Assembly: GCA_965223265.1 (NCBI GenBank)
Contig: OZ244999.1
Location: forward strand, 5,888,001 to 5,952,000
DNA: 64,000 nt
Origin: Planctomycetota bacterium
GTDB lineage: Bacteria; Planctomycetota; UBA8108; SXIK01
Direction: 5' to 3'
Part shown: positions 60,334-64,000 of the stretch, piece after piece
How positions within the stretch are numbered: the stretch's first letter is position 1
Layout of the letters: each line of letters begins with the position of its first letter
Made by a program: the position numbers and the translations under genes
Notes under the pieces: generated by a model
Database searches by the model: none
The model's input: only the letters and a program-made list of their open reading frames with translations
Told to the model about the DNA's origin: nothing

Positions 60334-62901
60334 TCAATGCGTTTCGCGACATCTCTCCACGAAAGCATGGCCGCAGACCTCAGGATCCGCTAGCGGTAGA
60401 AAGTAGAGCCAATCCGCCGCTTCGTAGAGGATCACCTCGCCCACCTCGCGCTCATGCGCGAGTACGGAGCAGATGAGCTCTTCGCGGCGACGACGAACGG
60501 CTTGTCGATCTTGCGCGCGCAGCGTCGCTTGTGCCTCGTGGAAAAAGCTTCGCGGTCCGCGAAACGACGAGCCGCGATTGTCGCGTAGATCTGCCAACGA
60601 ATGCTGCAGGTAGAGCGCGAACGGCTCAGCGTCGGGGAGCCCGCGCACGCCGAAGAGGACAGGCTCGGCGGCGAGGCCGTGGAGATCCACCATCGCCATA
60701 CCCTCGCCGATGCTGCGGATGTGATTGATCGTTGACCAAACGCCGCCATAGTTGCGGCCGTAGGGTGTGCCATCGCTCCGCTTCATCGTCTCAAGACCGT
60801 CCTGCACAGCGCGCGCCGCTTCTTCGCGCATGGGTAGGACGACGCGCGTGCGCACTCCTGGAAACGCGGCCTTGAGGTCTTCGAGAAAACTTCGCACACC
60901 ACGAGCCACTTCACGGTTGCGGACGTAGCGCCAGCGAAACGGTGACGCGTCGGACTGACAGCGCTCGTCCCACTCACCGCGCTGCCACGTGGTGACGTTC
61001 TCGACACGTTCGCGATCGGCAGCCAATTCCCGCAAGACAGGATCGTCCGCGGCAGCAAGCGGTGCGTACGCACGGTCGATTCCTAGGTGAGCATAGCGCT
61101 CTCGTCGTATTCGGTACTGGTGGAGTGGCTGGATGCCTTGCGCGCCGTCCGCCTGATACGCCGCCAGCTGTACGTGCGAGCGCGTGTTGATAAAAAGTTC
61201 GTCAAATGCTCCCAGCGACAGAAGCGTCGCGAGCTCCTTGACGGCGTTCGCTCGCATGGCAGGACGGTTGAGGTCCATCATCTCGACGGACCACGGGGCG
61301 CCGAGATCGATCACCAGCTCATGCCCGCGCAGCGGCAAATGCTCCGGGCCGCTGCGCAGGAGAGCGTAGCAAGCTTCGGTAGCGTAGAACTCGGTGTGCG
61401 TTCCACCATCGAGCGGGATGCCCGCGACACGCGTACGACCGTCCGGGTCGAGTGAGGCGTCCAATGCCCAGAAAACGTTCTCGCGGCCGAGGCGATTTCC
61501 TGCCTGCGACCAGAGACGTATCGGCTCAAGGGCCCGCAACTCGAGCGCGTCATCAGCTGCCGACGGGTTCGAAAGGATGAGGAACCGCGCGTCGAAAGGC
61601 ACCTTCAACCCAGTGATGCGGACGCGACCTTCGTCGTGCTCGATGTCGTAGCCCGACAACACTCGCTGCTGCGCTTGCACCTGTGCTCGCAGCTCACGAA
61701 ATGGGCGCAAACGAAAGTCTCCAGTCCTCTGTCGCTCTAGTACGAACGAGTCCTCGTTCAGCGGCGCGTGGCGGACGGCCACGATGCGCAGGTTGTCGCG
61801 ACGCTCTCTGAAACGCGCGACGAAGCGAGCCGCATCGACGACGCCGACGCATTCGATCGTCCCGAGTCGCCCCTTCGCCTCCACTCCCGCCCGCAGCTTG
61901 TTCATCTCGCGAAGAATGGTACGGTAGTGTGCGAAGCACGTCTCCTCGGGGCGATAGTTCACAGGCGGTGTCGCCAACGGCAAAAACCCCCAAAGAAACT
62001 TACCGTCGTGATCGAACGCCGGGATCTCGTAGTACTTCGTCAGCGCGGTCTCGAACGGACGAAAACTCGCGGTCAAGCGAATGCCGTGCTCGCGTGCACT
62101 CGCCGCCAACATCGCACCGAAGTCTCGCTGCAGACGGATGGCGCAGAGCTGGCGGATCCATCCCCACGGCACGTGCAGCCCCCACTCACCGGCTGCGGCG
62201 CCGCGCTTTCTTCGCGCGATGAGGTCTTCGAGCAGATCGCTCTCAACAATCGCTTCTGCCTGCGCCGCGTAGCGCCCCCATTCCTCAGTGCTGTAGCTTT
62301 TCGGGTCGCAGGCGTAGGGAAACGGACTCAGCCACACGATGAGCCGAGTGACGCCGTGCGCCTGGCAGCGGCGGAAATACTGATCGAAGCCACTCTTCGT
62401 GATCGGGCGCCACCTCCCATCGCGGCTGTCCATAAAGATGCGGATGAGGTCGTCGCCAAAGTCGGCAACGTACGAAATCGGCCGCACCGGTGGCGCCGCT
62501 CGCACACTTAACTCCTGCCTCTCGACGCCGCCGTCTGGCAGGGTCAGGGAAACCTCGAGGGTGAACGAAGAAACGGAACGGCTCGCCTCGGCAGCGATCG
62601 AAAGCTTCTGATCGGACCCGACGCCGACCGACAGCCCAGAGAACGCAAGTTCCGCACCCGCCGCCAGTGTTTCACCGTCGCGACGCGCAACGAAGCGAAA
62701 GCGAGCGCCGGGCGGCAGCTCACGCTCCAGGAACGGCCAACTGCGTTCGCCGCCCGCCAGGTAACAAAACGGCGCCTCACTGTTTCGCACCGAGAGATAC
62801 GTGGATTCAGCGCGCGCACCAGTCGTGAGAGCGAGGCAAAGGAGGACGCTGCAGGCTCTCAGCTCGTGGGATCGGCGAACAGCTCTCGCTATCGGGATCA
62901 T
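60334..62901 (-). CDS. Secreted hypothetical protein (855 aa)
   Basis: Signal peptide (..TTGARA-E), long ORF; no confident family. Confidence 0.65.
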   Translation of the reverse strand: MIPIARAVRRSHELRACSVLLCLALTTGARAESTYLSVRNSEAPFCYLAGGERSWPFLERELPPGARFRFVARRDGETLAAGAELAFSGLSVGVGSDQKLSIAAEASRSVSSFTLEVSLTLPDGGVERQELSVRAAPPVRPISYVADFGDDLIRIFMDSRDGRWRPITKSGFDQYFRRCQAHGVTRLIVWLSPFPYACDPKSYSTEEWGRYAAQAEAIVESDLLEDLIARRKRGAAAGEWGLHVPWGWIRQLCAIRLQRDFGAMLAASAREHGIRLTASFRPFETALTKYYEIPAFDHDGKFLWGFLPLATPPVNYRPEETCFAHYRTILREMNKLRAGVEAKGRLGTIECVGVVDAARFVARFRERRDNLRIVAVRHAPLNEDSFVLERQRTGDFRLRPFRELRAQVQAQQRVLSGYDIEHDEGRVRITGLKVPFDARFLILSNPSAADDALELRALEPIRLWSQAGNRLGRENVFWALDASLDPDGRTRVAGIPLDGGTHTEFYATEACYALLRSGPEHLPLRGHELVIDLGAPWSVEMMDLNRPAMRANAVKELATLLSLGAFDELFINTRSHVQLAAYQADGAQGIQPLHQYRIRRERYAHLGIDRAYAPLAAADDPVLRELAADRERVENVTTWQRGEWDERCQSDASPFRWRYVRNREVARGVRSFLEDLKAAFPGVRTRVVLPMREEAARAVQDGLETMKRSDGTPYGRNYGGVWSTINHIRSIGEGMAMVDLHGLAAEPVLFGVRGLPDAEPFALYLQHSLADLRDNRGSSFRGPRSFFHEAQATLRAQDRQAVRRRREELICSVLAHEREVGEVILYEAADWLYFLPLADPEVCGHAFVERCRETH

Positions 62902-63133
62902 GCGGGTCTACCTGGTGGGATCATTCGACTGACCCGTTGATCCAAAAGTCCAACGGGCGTTTCGCACAAAGAAACATGGATCGGGGCTCCGGGCGCTTCC
63001 GCCAAGATTGTAGCGGCGGCTACAGGAGGTTCGCGCAACAATAGTGAACCGTGTTTGAAGAACGATCGAAGATCGTCAGTGACTGGTCGGCGGAGATCGC
63101 GGCCATCAACTCTCAGACGATGGAGCGCGAAAA

Positions 63134-64000
63134 GTGGTTCTTAAGACATTGCGTCGTAAAAGGCGAGCCTCAGAGATCTCACGGCTACTGCGACAGCACT
63201 TCGCGCCGGAACCGCTCGACAATCTTACAGTCACGGAGCGAACGTTTCCGTTGCGAGTCCGCGCTGATCTGCAGAAGGCCGTCGAGCAGCTGCTTGCAGA
63301 GAGGAAAAGAGTCGTGCACTTCTGTGGCGTCAGGCCAAGCTTTGCCCATGAGCAACTCGACTTTCAGGGATTGATCACTCCAGGTCACAACCCCACGTTC
63401 TCCGTTCCGCCGCAGTACGAGGAAGTAGACATCGGGGAGCAGCGACCAGTGCGCTGCCTTAGCAGTGGGCTTTGGCTTCTCGAAGACGGCGCGTCGAAGT
63501 TCAGTGCGCTCCTTGCCTACTCGATGCGTTACGGCCACTCGGCAGGTGTGAAAGTCCAGATCGCGACGCTGAACGACACTGAAGGGACCCGCATCACGCA
63601 GGAGTTCTTCGAGCGGTTGGAGAATCTCGTTCTCAAGTCGGAGTCGTACCGCGGAAAAACTCTCTCACTCGAGGCCGCCGAGCACTACTCGGGTGTCTCC
63701 ACAGGTCTCTTGGTGCATCGTCTGCGCGAAGTCGACCGCAACGATGTCATCCTGCCCAGGAAGACGTTGGACCTGCTGGATCGCAACGTCATCGAATTCA
63801 CGCGCCAGCGACGACGGCTCGCCGAATACGGCCTCGCGACGAAGAAAGGGCTCCTGTTCTACGGTCCCCCTGGGACCGGGAAGACCCACACGATCCACTA
63901 TCTCGCGAAAGCTCTCGAAGGACACACAACGTTTCTGATTTCCGCTGAGCAGGTCGGCCAACTTGGCGAGTACATGACACTCGCACGGCTTCTTCAGCCG
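63134..64000 (+). CDS. AAA+ ATPase (runs off the window end)
   Basis: Manual translation is open to the window end and contains KKGLLFYGPPGTGKT (Walker A). Confidence 0.88.
   Translation, partial: MVLKTLRRKRRASEISRLLRQHFAPEPLDNLTVTERTFPLRVRADLQKAVEQLLAERKRVVHFCGVRPSFAHEQLDFQGLITPGHNPTFSVPPQYEEVDIGEQRPVRCLSSGLWLLEDGASKFSALLAYSMRYGHSAGVKVQIATLNDTEGTRITQEFFERLENLVLKSESYRGKTLSLEAAEHYSGVSTGLLVHRLREVDRNDVILPRKTLDLLDRNVIEFTRQRRRLAEYGLATKKGLLFYGPPGTGKTHTIHYLAKALEGHTTFLISAEQVGQLGEYMTLARLLQP

Noticed and set aside
63051-63374. 107-aa ORF from the track
   Set aside because: The real gene is in another frame (AAA ATPase from about 63134, open to the window end).

Overview
GC-rich bacterial window, most likely Planctomycetota (inferred from PSD1/PSCyt cytochrome and DUF1501 genes, an ECF sigma paired with a Ser/Thr kinase, and dockerin-tailed secreted proteins). 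It is a patchwork of accessory genes with many decay scars. Most striking: an operon (minus strand, about 1.9-5.8 kb) encoding a three-domain cytochrome P460 polyprotein, in which two domains closely match the hydroxylamine-oxidising Nitrosomonas type. It is sandwiched between a lipoprotein truncated hemoglobin and a cytoplasmic one, and followed by SnoaL and uracil-DNA glycosylase genes. Also present: a complete group II intron that has inserted into one arm of a small inverted-repeat element while the twin arm remains vacant; a TTAA-flanked 160-bp MITE whose end also marks a broken ParDE locus; a 139-bp tandem array of GTAG-type REP doublets inside an ECF operon; a secreted FG-GAP/PEP-synthase-domain/dockerin protein; a MenAT1-like toxin-antitoxin pair; and comM, IS91 and dockerin remnants. 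No rRNA, tRNA or CRISPR was seen. All calls come from motif recognition by eye; no database search was run.
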